The notes under the pieces are model-generated. The model worked only from the letters and a program-made list of their open reading frames with translations. It made no database searches and had not been told where the DNA came from. Shown in pieces: positions 1 through 10,870 of a stretch of DNA of 64,000 nt. Within the stretch, counting starts at the first letter, position 1. Every line of letters begins with the position of its first letter. The position numbers and the translations under genes were made by a program. The stretch is from positions 99,753 through 163,752 of the forward strand of contig CAVPQB010000005.1 in assembly GCA_963707505.1 (NCBI GenBank). Reading direction: 5' to 3'. Source of the DNA: an uncultured Gemmatimonadales bacterium. GTDB taxonomy: Bacteria > Gemmatimonadota > Gemmatimonadetes > Gemmatimonadales > Gemmatimonadaceae.

Positions 1-307
1 CTCGACTGCGCGGCGACTTCGCTCAGCGCCACTGAACGCGGAGCGTGAAGTCGCGGTTCGAGCCGAACTGCTGGATCTCGGCATCGTGGAATCCGGCCCG
101 GTCGAGCGTGCGCGAATCTCGCCGACATCCGGCGGCTGCGTGAACTGCAGCTGCATGAGCGTGCCGCCGGTGAACTCGATGCTGTAGTTCAGCTCCCTTG
201 ATGGCGAGCGAGCCGATGCCCGAGGACGATGAAGGCGATCGTGAGACCGACGGCACCTTCCACCAGCGGATGAAATCGTAGTTCGTGTCGTGAAGAATTC
301 GAAGCAT
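1..307 (-). CDS. secF: Protein translocase subunit SecF, 5' part (runs off window; frameshifted)
   Basis: N-terminus MLRILHDTNYDFIRWWK; other frames give NYSIEFTGGTLMQL and AEIQQFGSNRDF; directly downstream of secD. Confidence 0.85.
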
Positions 308-314
308 TAGATGC

Positions 315-1981
315 TCAGTGCCTGTCTGGTCGCGCGATGCGGGTGAGCCAGATCATGTAGAAGGTGCGCACGACGAAGATCGAGGTGACCATCGAGGCGG
401 CGATACCGGCGAGCAGCGTAACGGCGAATCCGCGCACGGGTCCCGTACCGTACTGATAGAGAACTGCGGCGGTCAGCGCGGTCGACACGTTGGAGTCGAC
501 GATGGCGCTCATGGCGTGACGGAATCCCTCATCGATCGCGAGACGCGATCGGTCTTACCGTGGTCGAGCTCCTCGCGTATTCGCTCGAATATCAGCACGT
601 TCGCGTCGACAGCCATACCGATGGAGAGAACGAAGCCGGCGAGTCCGGGCAGCGTGAGCAGTCGCGTCGAATCCGGCGAGCGCCGCCAGCGTGTACAGGA
701 TGTAGAGCACGAGTCCGAGCACGGCGAGCACGCCGGAGAATCGGTAGTAGCCGATCATGATGATGACGACGAGCGCGACGGCGATCACGCCGGCGGTGAT
801 GCTGTTGTGAATCGAGTCCTGCGCCGAGACTCGCGCCGATGTTCGCGACCTCGGCGATCTTGAGCGGCACCGGCAGCGAACCGGCGCGAAGCACGAGCGC
901 GAGATCCTGCGCCGCCTGCAAGATCCGTGCCGCCGAGTGTGATCTGACCGCTGCGTGCCGATCGCGCTCTGAATGACGGGCGGACGTCCCATGACGCAGA
1001 CTGTCGAGGACGATCGCCATGTAATCCTTGATGTGCTTGCGACGTCTCGTTGCGGAAGCGGCGGCCGCCTTCGTTGTTGAGCGTGAACTCGACGACGGTT
1101 CCTTCCGTCGGCGACGTGTTCGGCTTCGCGTCGGTGAGATACTCACCCGTGATGATCGGGTTGGCATCGAGCACGTACATCGCACGGTAGGTCTGCGATT
1201 GCCGAGCGATGTGGTGTCGCTGGACCAGCGGATCACCTTGCCTGGCGGAAGCGCGCCCTGCACCGTGGGGTATCGCGAGGTAACGCTGGACCGTCGGGAC
1301 GTCGTTCTGCGCGACGTAGTACTCGCCGGGCATCTGGCCCTGCTGAACCAGCTTGCGAGAACGCGCCCGCCAGTGCGTCGGCCTTGGCGTGTCCTTCTTC
1401 GATGTATCGCCGGCGCCTTCTTTGTCGTATCCGTTGGAGAAGAGGCCCTGGAGCGCGTTCTTGGCGCTGTCGTCGGCGCGGCCGCGGCCGGCGCACCTGG
1501 AGTGGCCTTCGCATTCGATGCGAGCGATTTGACGGCGGCGTCGAGACGCGGAAGCGCCTTCTCGAGCGCTCTGGTCTTGTCGGTTATCTGGAATTGAAGG
1601 AACGCCGATTTCTGAACGACGTCCATCGCGCGTTGCGGATCATCGATGCCAGGCAGCTCGACGATGATTCGGTCGTTGCCGGCCTTCTGCACCAGCGGCT
1701 CCGAGACGCCGAATTGATCGATACGAGTGCGGACGACCTTGAGCGCTCGATCGATTGCCTCGCCCTTGTTGGCAATGACGCCCTTGGACTCGTCGACTTC
1801 GAGCGCGAGGTGCATGCCGCCCTGGAGATCGAGTCCGCGCTTGAGCGGCACGCGCTGGACGGTGTCGTACGACGAAGACGCCGTTGCGCTTGACGCGCTC
1901 GATGACGGTGCGCGGAAAGAGCGCCCAGACCGAGCCCGCGATGAGCGCGAGGATGATGGCAATGCGGTATTTGAGTGACAT
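315..1981 (-). CDS. secD: Protein translocase subunit SecD (several frameshifts, likely sequencing indels)
   Basis: Motifs across frames: [56 protein letters not shown]. Confidence 0.95.
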
Positions 1982-2006
1982 TGAATATCGAGTTTAGCCC
2001 TTAAGG

Positions 2007-2966
2007 TTACCCTGAGACGAGGCCACGGTCAACGCAGACCGCGCATCGCGACTCATCCAGTTTGATCTGCTGCAACCAGCTCGGCGGGCGATGCGAACGC
2101 CCTGATGTCCCTGAGGCGCTTGAGGACGTCGAGCCTGACCGGTTGCCCATAGAAGTCGCCCGAGACGTCGAACAGATACGCCTCGATTGACCGTTCGTGC
2201 TCACCAAATGTGGGCCGCGGACCGAGATTCATCATCCCGCCGTAGGTGCCCTGCGGCGTGGCCACACGGACCGCGTATACGCCATCAGGAGGCAGCAGCT
2301 TCCGGGACGAAGGCTGCGACAGGTTGAGAGTCGGAAAGCCCAGCCCGCGCCCTCTGGCAGCTCCGGGAACGACGACCCCACTTATCGAGTACGGCCTCCC
2401 CAGCAGCTCTGCTGCACGCGGGAGATCGCCACCCGCGACGGCGCGACGGATCGCAGTCGACGATATCCAGCGTCCATCGTCGGCGGCGACGGGATCGACT
2501 ACGTCCACTGTAAAACCGCGGCTCGCACCGAGCGATTGGAGCACCGCCGCATTCCCTGCTCGCTCGCGGCCGAAACCGTGGTCGTGGCCGATGAGAAGGT
2601 GCTTCATACGGAAGTCGTCGCGGAGCACCTGGTCGACAAATTCGGTCGCGCTGAGTGATGCGAGCTCGTGGGTGAATTCGAGCACCACTACGTGGTCGAG
2701 ACCCGTCTCGTGCAAGCGACATCCAGCTTCTCTTCACCGACGGTCAGGAGCGGTGGTGCCGCAGCGGGATTCACGACGTCGAGCGGATGTGGCTCGAACG
2801 TTATGGCAACGCTGTGCAGTCCTTCACTCTTCGCGGCGGCTACGAGGCGAGAGATCACATCGAGGTGGCCGCGATGAACGCCGTCGAAGGTGCCAACGGT
2901 CACTGCGGCTCCCTTCACTTCCGGCGGCAGATGCGCACCGTCGCGAACTATCCGCGCTGCACTCAC
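2007..2966 (-). CDS. ribF: Bifunctional riboflavin kinase/FAD synthetase (frameshifts near 2715 and 2070)
   Basis: GTFDGVHRGH, TFEPHP, ISSTAIR, GRGLGFPTLN, NLGPRPTF; follows truB. Confidence 0.95.
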
Positions 2967-3663
2967 TCGGCGATCACCCTGAGCTTGCGTACCGTCGGCT
3001 TTGGAGTCGCACGCAGATCGTCGATCGTTGCGGCGTCGATGACGTCGAACTCACCGCTACGTGTTCGACGCAGCGAGGTGAGATGTGCTGCGCTGCCGCA
3101 TGCGCGCCCGAGGTCGCGCGCAAGTGCGCGCATGTAGGTGCCGCCGCCGCAGATGATGGAAACGTGCAGGTCGTCGGTCAGTGTGCGACGCGATTCGCCA
3201 CTCGTGCACAGTGACGGGCGACGGTGCGAGCACGACACTGGCACCGGAGCGCGCCGCACGATATGCTGGCGCGCCCTCGTACCTTTTTCGCCGAGAACTC
3301 TGGCGGGACTTGCGGTATGACGCCGGTGAGTGATGGAATCGCTGACAGCACGGCATCACGGGATGGGAGAGCTGCTGTACGAATCACGTCGCCGGTAGGA
3401 TCGCCCGTGTCGGTCTCCTCGCCGAAACGGATCGTCGCGTCGTAAACCTTGGGCTCGTTATCGATGAAGGTCGCGAGGCGTGTGGCCCGTCCGAGCAGAA
3501 GTACGAGCAGTCCCGTGGCAAATGGATCGAGGGTGCCGAGATGGCCGATGCTGCGTTCGCCGTATACGCGGCGCGCGATATCGACGACATCATGTGATGT
3601 GATTCCCGCTGGTTTGTCGACGAGCAGCAGACCAGAGTACGTCGCCGTCGTCACCGCTTCCAC
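2963..3663 (-). CDS. truB: tRNA pseudouridine(55) synthase (frameshifted; no C-terminal PUA domain)
   Basis: DKPAGITSHDVV, GHLGTLDPFATG, CGGGTYMRALARDLG, LRRTRSG. Confidence 0.95.
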
Positions 3664-4019
3664 GGTTCGAGTCTTCCGCCTTGATCTGTGCCAGGAGCGA
3701 CTCGATGCGCGACGCTTTCGCGCGCAGTCTCGTCGATCTGGAAATCGAGCTCGGGGGCGAGTCGCAGCCGGAGCGCGCGACCGATCTCGCCGCGCAGCCG
3801 ATGGCCGACCTGATTCAGAACGGCGACCGGATCGGTGCCATCACTATCCATCACGCTCACGTAAACTCGCGCGCGCCGGAGATCCGACGTGACATCGACG
3901 CCGGTGACCGTGACCATTCCGCGGATGCGAGCATCACGCGAGCCACTCGTGAGATAGGATGCGATCTCCTCACGAATGGCGGCGGCTACGCGCTCAGCGC
4001 GGCGATTGTCGCGAGGCAT
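3651..4019 (-). CDS. rbfA: Ribosome-binding factor A
   Basis: [42 protein letters not shown]; between infB and truB. Confidence 0.95.
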   Translation of the reverse strand: MPRDNRRAERVAAAIREEIASYLTSGSRDARIRGMVTVTGVDVTSDLRRARVYVSVMDSDGTDPVAVLNQVGHRLRGEIGRALRLRLAPELDFQIDETARESVAHRVAPGTDQGGRLEPWKR

Positions 4020-4028
4020 TGCGAGACC

Positions 4029-6958
4029 TCACGATGCCGCCGCGCTCGACGCAAGCGTGCGCGCGACCTGTTCCTTGGTGTAGCACTCGAGGACGTCGCC
4101 GACCTTGATGTCGTTGAAGTTCTCGATGCCGATACCGCACTCGAAGCCTTCGCGCACTTCCTTCACGTCGTCCTTGAAGCGGCGCAGCGAGCCGATGACT
4201 CCGTCGTAGATCTCGACGCCATCGCGAATGACACGCACGCGACCAGTGCGGTTGATGATTCCGCTCCGCACACGAGCAACCGGCGATGACGCCGATTCGC
4301 GAGACCTTGAACATCTCGCGGACCTGTGCGTCGCCGAGCACGACTTCGCGCTCTTCGGGACGAAGCATGCCTTCGAGCGCGAGCGTGACGTCTTCGACCG
4401 CTTCGTAGATGATCTTGTACAGCTTGATCTCCACGCCTTCGCGCTCGGCGGCAGTGCGCGCGTTGTTGTCCGGACGCACGTGGAAGCCCGACGATGATCG
4501 CACCCGATGCACGCGCGAGCAGAATGTCGCTCTCCGTGATCGCACCGACACCGCGATGAATGACCTCGACCGAGACTTCGTCGTGCGACAAGCTGGCCCA
4601 ACGCGTCGGCGAGTGCTTCCGCCGGACCGCCCTGATCCGCCTTGATGACGATGCGCAGCGCGCGCGCCTGACCTGGCGCCGTCTGCGACATGAAGTCTTC
4701 GAGCGACACGACTGCCCTTCGTCGTGCGACGGCTCTTCGCTTCGCGGTCGAGCCGCTGACGACGCTGCGCGATCTCGCGCGACTCCAGTTGCATCCTCGA
4801 CGACGACGAACTGATCGCCAGCCATTGGAACGCCACCGATGCCGAGGACCTGAACCGGAATCGCCGGACCAGCGCTCTTCATGGTTGCGACCGCGCTCGT
4901 CGAGCAGCGCGCGCACGCGGCCGGAGTACATGCCGCAGATGAAATCGTCGCCGACGTGCAGAGTGCCGTTCTGACGAGAACGGTCGCAACGGGACCCTTG
5001 CCCGGATCGAGCTGCGCTTCGATGACGGCGCCGACGTGCGCGACGGTTCGGATTCGCCTTGAGGTCGAGAATTTCGGCCTGCAGCAGAATCTGATCGAGC
5101 AGCGCGTCGACGTTCGTTGCCCTTCTTCGCGAGATCTCGCTCGAGAGGTCAGTGCCACCGAACTCCTCCAGCACGACACCGTGCTGAAGGAGGTCCTGCT
5201 TCACCTTCATCGGATTTGCGCCCGGGAGATCGATCTTGTTGATCGCGACGATCATCGGCACGCCGGCGTTCTTGGCGTGCGAGATCGCTTCGATCGTCTG
5301 CGGCATCACCTGATCGTCAGCAGCGACGACGAGCACGACGATGTCGGTCACCTGTGCGCCGCGCGCGCGCATGGCCGTGAATGCTTCGTGACCAGGAGTG
5401 TCGAGAAACGTGATCGCGCTTGTCGCCCGGCAGCGTGACGTGATACGCGCCGATGTGCTGCGTGATTCCGCCCGACTCGCCGGCGACGACGTTCGCCTTC
5501 CGGATGTAGTCGAGCAGCGACGTCTTACCATGATCGACGTGACCCATGATGGTGACGACAGGCGGACGCGGACACGAGCTCTTCCGCAGTGTCCTTCGTC
5601 GAGCAGTCGTTCCGAGATCCGCGGCGTATTCCTCTTCCTTGCACGGCCTGGAAGCCGAATTCGCCAGCGATCAACTCGATCTGATCGAAGTCGAGTCGCT
5701 GATTGATCGTGACCATGAGGCCGAGGTTCTTGAAGGCGAACCCGACGATCTGGTTACCGCGGGAGTCTTGAGCATGCTGCGCAAGCTCGCTGACGGTGAT
5801 GAACTCGTTGACGCGAACCGTCTTCTTTTCCTTTTCGACAGCGGCCTTGCGCTGCGCCTCCACTTCTTCGCGCGATATGTTCCATCGTCGGCGCGGCGAG
5901 CTCCGCCGCGACGAGTCTGGCCGCGCATGGACGTCATCGTCTTGAAGATGTTCGCCGACACCGCTTCCTGATCTACGCGACGACCGCGACCGCGTCCACG
6001 CGAGCGGTCATCCTGGCGTGCAGGTGCACGATCGCCCGTAGGCCGTGGACGACTCTCGCGCGACGGAGTACCCGGAACGCTGGTCGAAGCGGCGGCGGCT
6101 GGACGCGCATTCGGTGGTCCGGAACCCTGGCGCTGATTGCTCGAGCTGCCCGGGCGCGGACGTGGACCACCGGGGGTCAGCGGACGCGGAGGCGTCGCGC
6201 TGGCGCGGGGTTGAAGCGGCGGCAACGGTGTTGGACGCGGGCGGTCTGGTCGTGCAGACTGCGGACGCGGTGTAGCTGGCGTCGGGGCAGAATGCGCGGT
6301 CTGCAACTCTGGACGCGCGGGCGGCACCGGTGCGGGAGCTGGTCGTTCCGCTTGCGGCGCAGCAGCGACTGGCTGCGGCGTGACTTCGCGTGGCGGCCTC
6401 GCCGGCTCGGCGGGCTTTTGCACCTGCTGTGTCGGCGCAACCGGAGTTGGCCTGGCAGTCGCTTCGACCGCAGGCGCCGGCTTCGTTTCGGCCGACGGCT
6501 CAACGACAGGTGCGGGACGGCGCACGCGAGCAGCCTGAACTGGCTCCGGCTCCGCGGCCTTCTCGACCGGAGCGGGCGTCGGAGCAGGCGCCGGAGCGGG
6601 CGTCGGAGCGGGCGTCGGAGCAGGCGTCGGATGGTGCGGCAGCCACTACTTCAGGCTCGTGCACCACTTCGGCAGCGCGACGACGACGAACCGCTGGAGC
6701 TGGCTCGGGTTCAGGCGCAGGGGTTTCGGCCGCAGCGGCAGAACCGCGGCGACGTCTGGCACCGGCGGCAGGTGCGGGCGCGGCGGACCGGGCGCGCTTT
6801 TCACGCTCCCAGCGCGCACGAACTCGCGCGACCTGATCGTCGGTTAGCGGACTCACGTGACTGCGTACTGGGATGTCCATCTGACGCAGGAGGTTGATTA
6901 CCTCGTCAGCGGGAATCCCAAATTCACCAGCCATGTCCGTTACGCGCAACTTACTCAC
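4029..6958 (-). CDS. infB: Translation initiation factor IF-2 (many frameshifts)
   Basis: MSKLRV N-terminus, Pro/Ala-rich linker, [51 protein letters not shown]. Confidence 0.97.
6568..6631. repeat. 12-bp tandem repeat (CGGAGCRGGCGY) x~5.3 inside infB, encoding an APTP-type linker
   Basis: Units read directly at 6568, 6580, 6592, 6604, 6616 plus partial CGGA. Confidence 0.9.
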
Positions 6959-7277
6959 CCAGTTCTCCCTGTCCCCGGTACGTGGCTCTCACGCCACGTG
7001 CCAACTTGGCATCCAGGACGCCGACGACAGCCGTCGTCGTGCGCCCAACAGCCCTTCCGAGCTCGTCGGCTGAGGCTGTTTCAATCATAGTAACACCGCG
7101 CCCCTGGAGCAGCGGGACGATCTTGTCGCGGCTGTTGGATGACGCGTCGGCAGCTACAATCGCCAGCCGAAGTGTCCCCTTGAAGGCCGCATCCCTCGTT
7201 CTATCAACGCCTACCACGACCAGTCTGCCACGTGCTCCGAGGCCGATCAGTCGCAGAGCGGCTTTATCGTCCGTCAC
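6951..7277 (-). CDS. Ribosomal L7Ae/YlxQ family RNA-binding protein
   Basis: LIGLGARGRLVVVG, IVAADAS, ELGRAVGR; canonical position between nusA and infB. Confidence 0.9.
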   Translation of the reverse strand: MTDDKAALRLIGLGARGRLVVVGVDRTRDAAFKGTLRLAIVAADASSNSRDKIVPLLQGRGVTMIETASADELGRAVGRTTTAVVGVLDAKLARGVRATYRGQGELGE

Positions 7278-8647
7278 GTCGTGGCCGGTGGCTCCGCTTC
7301 CGGAGCAGCCGGCTCGGTGGTTTCACCGTCCACCGCCGTCGCTTCCTCGTCCGGAGCATCGGTGGTCAACTCGTCGATGATCGCCACGAGCTTTTCCGCA
7401 TCTTCGATCATGATGCCGGGAAGCTTGAGGAAATCCTCACGCTCGAGATCGAGAATGTCGTCCAGACGCCGATAGCCAGCATTTTCCAGGATTGCAACCG
7501 TCGCGGGTGGCAATCCTTCGATGTCGGCCAACTTCGGGTTGGTTGCGTTTGGCTGATCTTCGAGCGGTGCGAACGGCAGCGTGTCAGCTGCGCGCTCCAT
7601 CCACTCTCGACTCGAGTAGAGATCGATCTTCCACTCGGTGAGCTCGGAGGCGAGACGCACGTTCTGTCCATTCTTGCCGATCGCGAGCGAAAGCTGATCC
7701 TCGTCCACGATCGCCTGAATCGTGCGCGTGGTGGCATCACTGAATACACGGGCAACCTTGGCAGGTGCCAGTGCGAGACGCGCGAAGCGCTCAGGATCAC
7801 CGGACCACGGGACGATATCGATGCGCTCACCGCTCAGCTCGTTCACGACCGCCTGCACGCGTGCGCCCTTTACGCCGACGCATGCACCGACCGGATCGAC
7901 CGCCTCGTCCCGCGAGAAGACGGCGATCTTGGTGCGGCTTCCGACTTCACGTGCGACCGAACGAATCTCGACCGTGCCAGCCTGAATCTCGGGCACTTCG
8001 AGCTTGAACAGCGCCTGAACGAACAGACCGTCTGCGCGGCTTAGCACGAGGCGCGGGCCCTTGGGCGTCTCCTCGACCTTCTTGAGAACTGCGCGAATCG
8101 GCTCGCCCTGATGGTAGTGCTCGCGGTGATTCTGCTCGCGATATGGCATCACGGCTTCTGCTTCGCGGAACCGGTTGAGCATGATGACGAGCTTGCCGCG
8201 CTCGATCTGCTGCACCTCGCCGCTCAACAGCTCACCAACGCGCGACGTGAACTCATCGCGAATCTTGGAGCGCTCACCTTCGCGCACGCGCTGCAGAATG
8301 CGCTGCTTGGCCGCCTGCACTGCCGAGCGCCCGAACTCCGCAAAATCGGTGGGGATTTCCATGACGTCACCGACCTGGAACTCCGGATCTTCAAACCGTG
8401 CTTCTTCCAGCGATATCTCGCGAGCGGCGTCTTCGACCTTGTCCACGACGGTCTTGAGCAGCACGATACGAATGGCACCGCGATCTTCGTCGATGTCGAC
8501 TTCCGCCTGCACCGGACCGCCGTGCTTCTTGGCGAGTGCGGCGAGGATACCGTCCTGCAAAAGATCGCGCAGCTCCGAACTGTCCATTGACTTGGAGTTC
8601 GTCAGCTCGCGTATCGCTGTCAGGATGTTTCCAGATTCGACTGCCAT
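7274..8647 (-). CDS. nusA: Transcription termination/antitermination factor NusA
   Basis: FGRSAVQAAKQ, EVPEI, DPVGACVG, LAIGKNGQNVRLASELT. Confidence 0.98.
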   Translation of the reverse strand: MAVESGNILTAIRELTNSKSMDSSELRDLLQDGILAALAKKHGGPVQAEVDIDEDRGAIRIVLLKTVVDKVEDAAREISLEEARFEDPEFQVGDVMEIPTDFAEFGRSAVQAAKQRILQRVREGERSKIRDEFTSRVGELLSGEVQQIERGKLVIMLNRFREAEAVMPYREQNHREHYHQGEPIRAVLKKVEETPKGPRLVLSRADGLFVQALFKLEVPEIQAGTVEIRSVAREVGSRTKIAVFSRDEAVDPVGACVGVKGARVQAVVNELSGERIDIVPWSGDPERFARLALAPAKVARVFSDATTRTIQAIVDEDQLSLAIGKNGQNVRLASELTEWKIDLYSSREWMERAADTLPFAPLEDQPNATNPKLADIEGLPPATVAILENAGYRRLDDILDLEREDFLKLPGIMIEDAEKLVAIIDELTTDAPDEEATAVDGETTEPAAPEAEPPATT

Positions 8648-8652
8648 GGTGC

Positions 8653-8928
8653 CTACCTCTTCCAGTTGATTTCAGCATCATCGGCAATGCCACGCGACGA
8701 CACTTCGAGCGTATAGAACTCGCCCAGCGACCTCTCGGCATCGAGGCGTTCCTCGATGGCGCGCGACGCACGAGCGCAATCTCCGGCAGTGACACCCTCG
8801 CCATCGCGCCGAGTGATTCTCACCTCGAGCACGGATCGACTTCGGGTACCACGCTGCCGGACACTAAAAACATCAAACCCCAGAGGTGCAATCGCTTGTA
8901 CCACAACGTCTTGCAAGGCAGGGTTCAT
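8653..8928 (-). CDS. rimP: Ribosome maturation factor RimP (91 aa, N-terminal domain only)
   Basis: GVTAGDCARASRAIEERLD, YTLEVSS; first gene of the nusA-infB operon. Confidence 0.9.
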   Translation of the reverse strand: MNPALQDVVVQAIAPLGFDVFSVRQRGTRSRSVLEVRITRRDGEGVTAGDCARASRAIEERLDAERSLGEFYTLEVSSRGIADDAEINWKR

Positions 8929-8951
8929 GTGATTTCTAACTGACCTCTATG

Positions 8952-9010
8952 AATAAAAAAATGCGGGGGACCACCCCACATTGAAAACGCCTCCAAGGTG
9001 CGGGGCGTGA
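8952..9010 (-). promoter_or_regulatory. rimP-nusA leader with terminator and alternative antiterminator pairing
   Basis: Minus strand AATGTGGGG-TGGTC-CCCCGCATT then T-run, ~30 nt upstream of rimP; second CCCCGCA copy at 8999-9005. Confidence 0.65.
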
Positions 9011-9014
9011 TGGA

Positions 9015-9042
9015 AATCTACTCATATAAGAGCAGAAAGCAA
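9015..9042 (-). promoter_or_regulatory. Putative sigma70 promoter for rimP operon
   Basis: TTGCTT-16 nt-TAGATT on minus strand in AT-rich intergenic DNA. Confidence 0.45.
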
Positions 9043-9060
9043 CTCTGTGAGTAGGGGCGC

Positions 9061-9609
9061 TTACACCTTCTGCGCCAGCGCCACTATCCGTTGAACCTGG
9101 TCCTGCTGCGTGAGATAGGTAGTGTCGATCAGAACGGCGTCGCGCGCCTGAAGCGTGTTGGTGGCATCATTGGCATCGCGCTCTACGAGCAGTCGGGTTT
9201 CGTCGGCGATCTCGGCGTCGGTGGCAGAGCGCTCCAGACGCTGGTGCAAACGGCGACGGGCGCGCTCCCACGGGTCGGCGACGAGAAAGATCTTGAGCTG
9301 CGCGTCGGGAAAAACAACACTGCCGATGTCGCGACCATCCACTACGACATTCTCGGTCGCGGCTGCACGCCGAAGCTCCGCATTCACCGCGGCGCGGACC
9401 TCAGGCATCTGGGCGACCGACGAGACCGCCGCGGTAACCTCCATGGAGCGCAGATCGGCGATCCCCAGGCGGCGACCGGTTTCGGCGCGATACAGCGCGC
9501 CCGAGTCCAGGTGCCTGTATCCCAGCTCGCGCGCCACCCACGCCGCTGTTGACGATTTACCCGACGCGGCTGGACCATCGATAGCGATCACCACGGTGCT
9601 ACGCGACAC
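9061..9609 (-). CDS. cmk: Cytidylate kinase (short, ~182 aa)
   Basis: IAIDGPAASGKSS, HLDSGALYR, VVDGRDIGSVVFPDAQLKIFL; downstream of aroA; start taken as GTG 9609. Confidence 0.93.
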   Translation of the reverse strand: MSRSTVVIAIDGPAASGKSSTAAWVARELGYRHLDSGALYRAETGRRLGIADLRSMEVTAAVSSVAQMPEVRAAVNAELRRAAATENVVVDGRDIGSVVFPDAQLKIFLVADPWERARRRLHQRLERSATDAEIADETRLLVERDANDATNTLQARDAVLIDTTYLTQQDQVQRIVALAQKV

Positions 9610-10870
9610 GTCGCAGATCACTCCAGAATGAAGGATAGGACACACTGACGCAATCCGGGGTTATGATCTCGATCTCGTTGCCTGGGAGGGCGCCGAGTAC
9701 GCCGAACGCCATCGCGATACGATGGTCGCCGTGCGTCTCGATGCGGCCTGAAAGTGGCGATCGACTTCCGCGAATCACCATGCCATCGGGACGCTCTTCG
9801 GCATCCACACCGATCGCCTGAAGATTTCGCACGACGGCTGAAATGCGATCGCTTTCCTTGACTCGCAGCTCGCTGGCGCCGCTGATCACCGTCTCGCCTT
9901 CCGCGCGAGCCGCGAGGCACGCGAGGATGGGGACCTCGTCGATCATCGAAGGCATCTCGGCGGCGCCGATCGCCACGGAGCGCAGGGTGTCCGTGCCTGT
10001 CGCGCGTATGGTGGCAGTGGGCTCGCCGCCTTCATCGGATGAGTCCAGGAGCGAGACCAGCGTGCCCATCCGTTGAACGACGTCGAGGAAGCCGGTGCGC
10101 GTGGGATTGACGCAGACGTCAGGCATGTCAAGCGTGCGCCCGGGAAATAGCGCCGCGAGCGCTACGAAAAATGCCGCGGACGACGGGTCGCCCGGTACGT
10201 GCGTGTCCATCGCTCGCATCGAGCGCGCAACGCCAATCGACACGGACTCACCGTCCACGACGATCGGAACGCCGCGCGCAGCGAGCATGCGCTCGGTGTG
10301 ATCGCGCGACCGGGTCGGCTCTGTCACGTTGGCGCTGACCTGCGCGTTGAGCGCGGCGAGAAGAATCGCACTCTTTACCTGCGCGCTCGCGGTGCGGCTG
10401 TTCCAGCCAATGCTTCCGAGGGTGCCGCCATGGATCGTCAGCGGCAGCCCGTCAGCATCACCCTCGATCGTGAAGTGCGCGCCCATCTGCTCGAGTGGCT
10501 CGGTAACTCTTCGCATCGGCCGACGACTGAGACTCACGTCGCCGGTGAGCGTGCTGTCGAAAGGATGCGCCGCGAGCACGCCGGACATGAGCCGCGCCGT
10601 GGTCCCACTGTTGCCGCAGTCGAGAGGCCGTCTGGGCGCCAGGAGACCACGAAGTCCACGACCATGCACGGCTATGCTGTCATTATCCGGCTCGATGCGC
10701 ACGCCGAGCGCGCTCAACACCGACGCGGTGCTATCGACGTCGGCAGAGCGCAGAAGACCGCTGATATGGCTCGTGCCATCGGATAGCGCTGCGAGTATGA
10801 GGCTGCGATGGGAGATGGACTTGTCGCCGGGGACCCGTACGGTGCCGCGAACTGACGCGGTGCCGGTCAT
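9599..10870 (-). CDS. aroA: 3-phosphoshikimate 1-carboxyvinyltransferase (EPSP synthase)
   Basis: PGDKSISHR, DCGNSGTT, SAQVKSA, RDHTERML, RVKESDRI, DHRIAMAF. Confidence 0.98.
   Translation of the reverse strand: MTGTASVRGTVRVPGDKSISHRSLILAALSDGTSHISGLLRSADVDSTASVLSALGVRIEPDNDSIAVHGRGLRGLLAPRRPLDCGNSGTTARLMSGVLAAHPFDSTLTGDVSLSRRPMRRVTEPLEQMGAHFTIEGDADGLPLTIHGGTLGSIGWNSRTASAQVKSAILLAALNAQVSANVTEPTRSRDHTERMLAARGVPIVVDGESVSIGVARSMRAMDTHVPGDPSSAAFFVALAALFPGRTLDMPDVCVNPTRTGFLDVVQRMGTLVSLLDSSDEGGEPTATIRATGTDTLRSVAIGAAEMPSMIDEVPILACLAARAEGETVISGASELRVKESDRISAVVRNLQAIGVDAEERPDGMVIRGSRSPLSGRIETHGDHRIAMAFGVLGALPGNEIEIITPDCVSVSYPSFWSDLRRVA

Noticed and set aside
6568..6631. CRISPR-like or regulatory repeat
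   Set aside because: Contiguous 12-bp units with no spacers, coding for the Pro/Ala/Thr linker of IF-2; no cas genes
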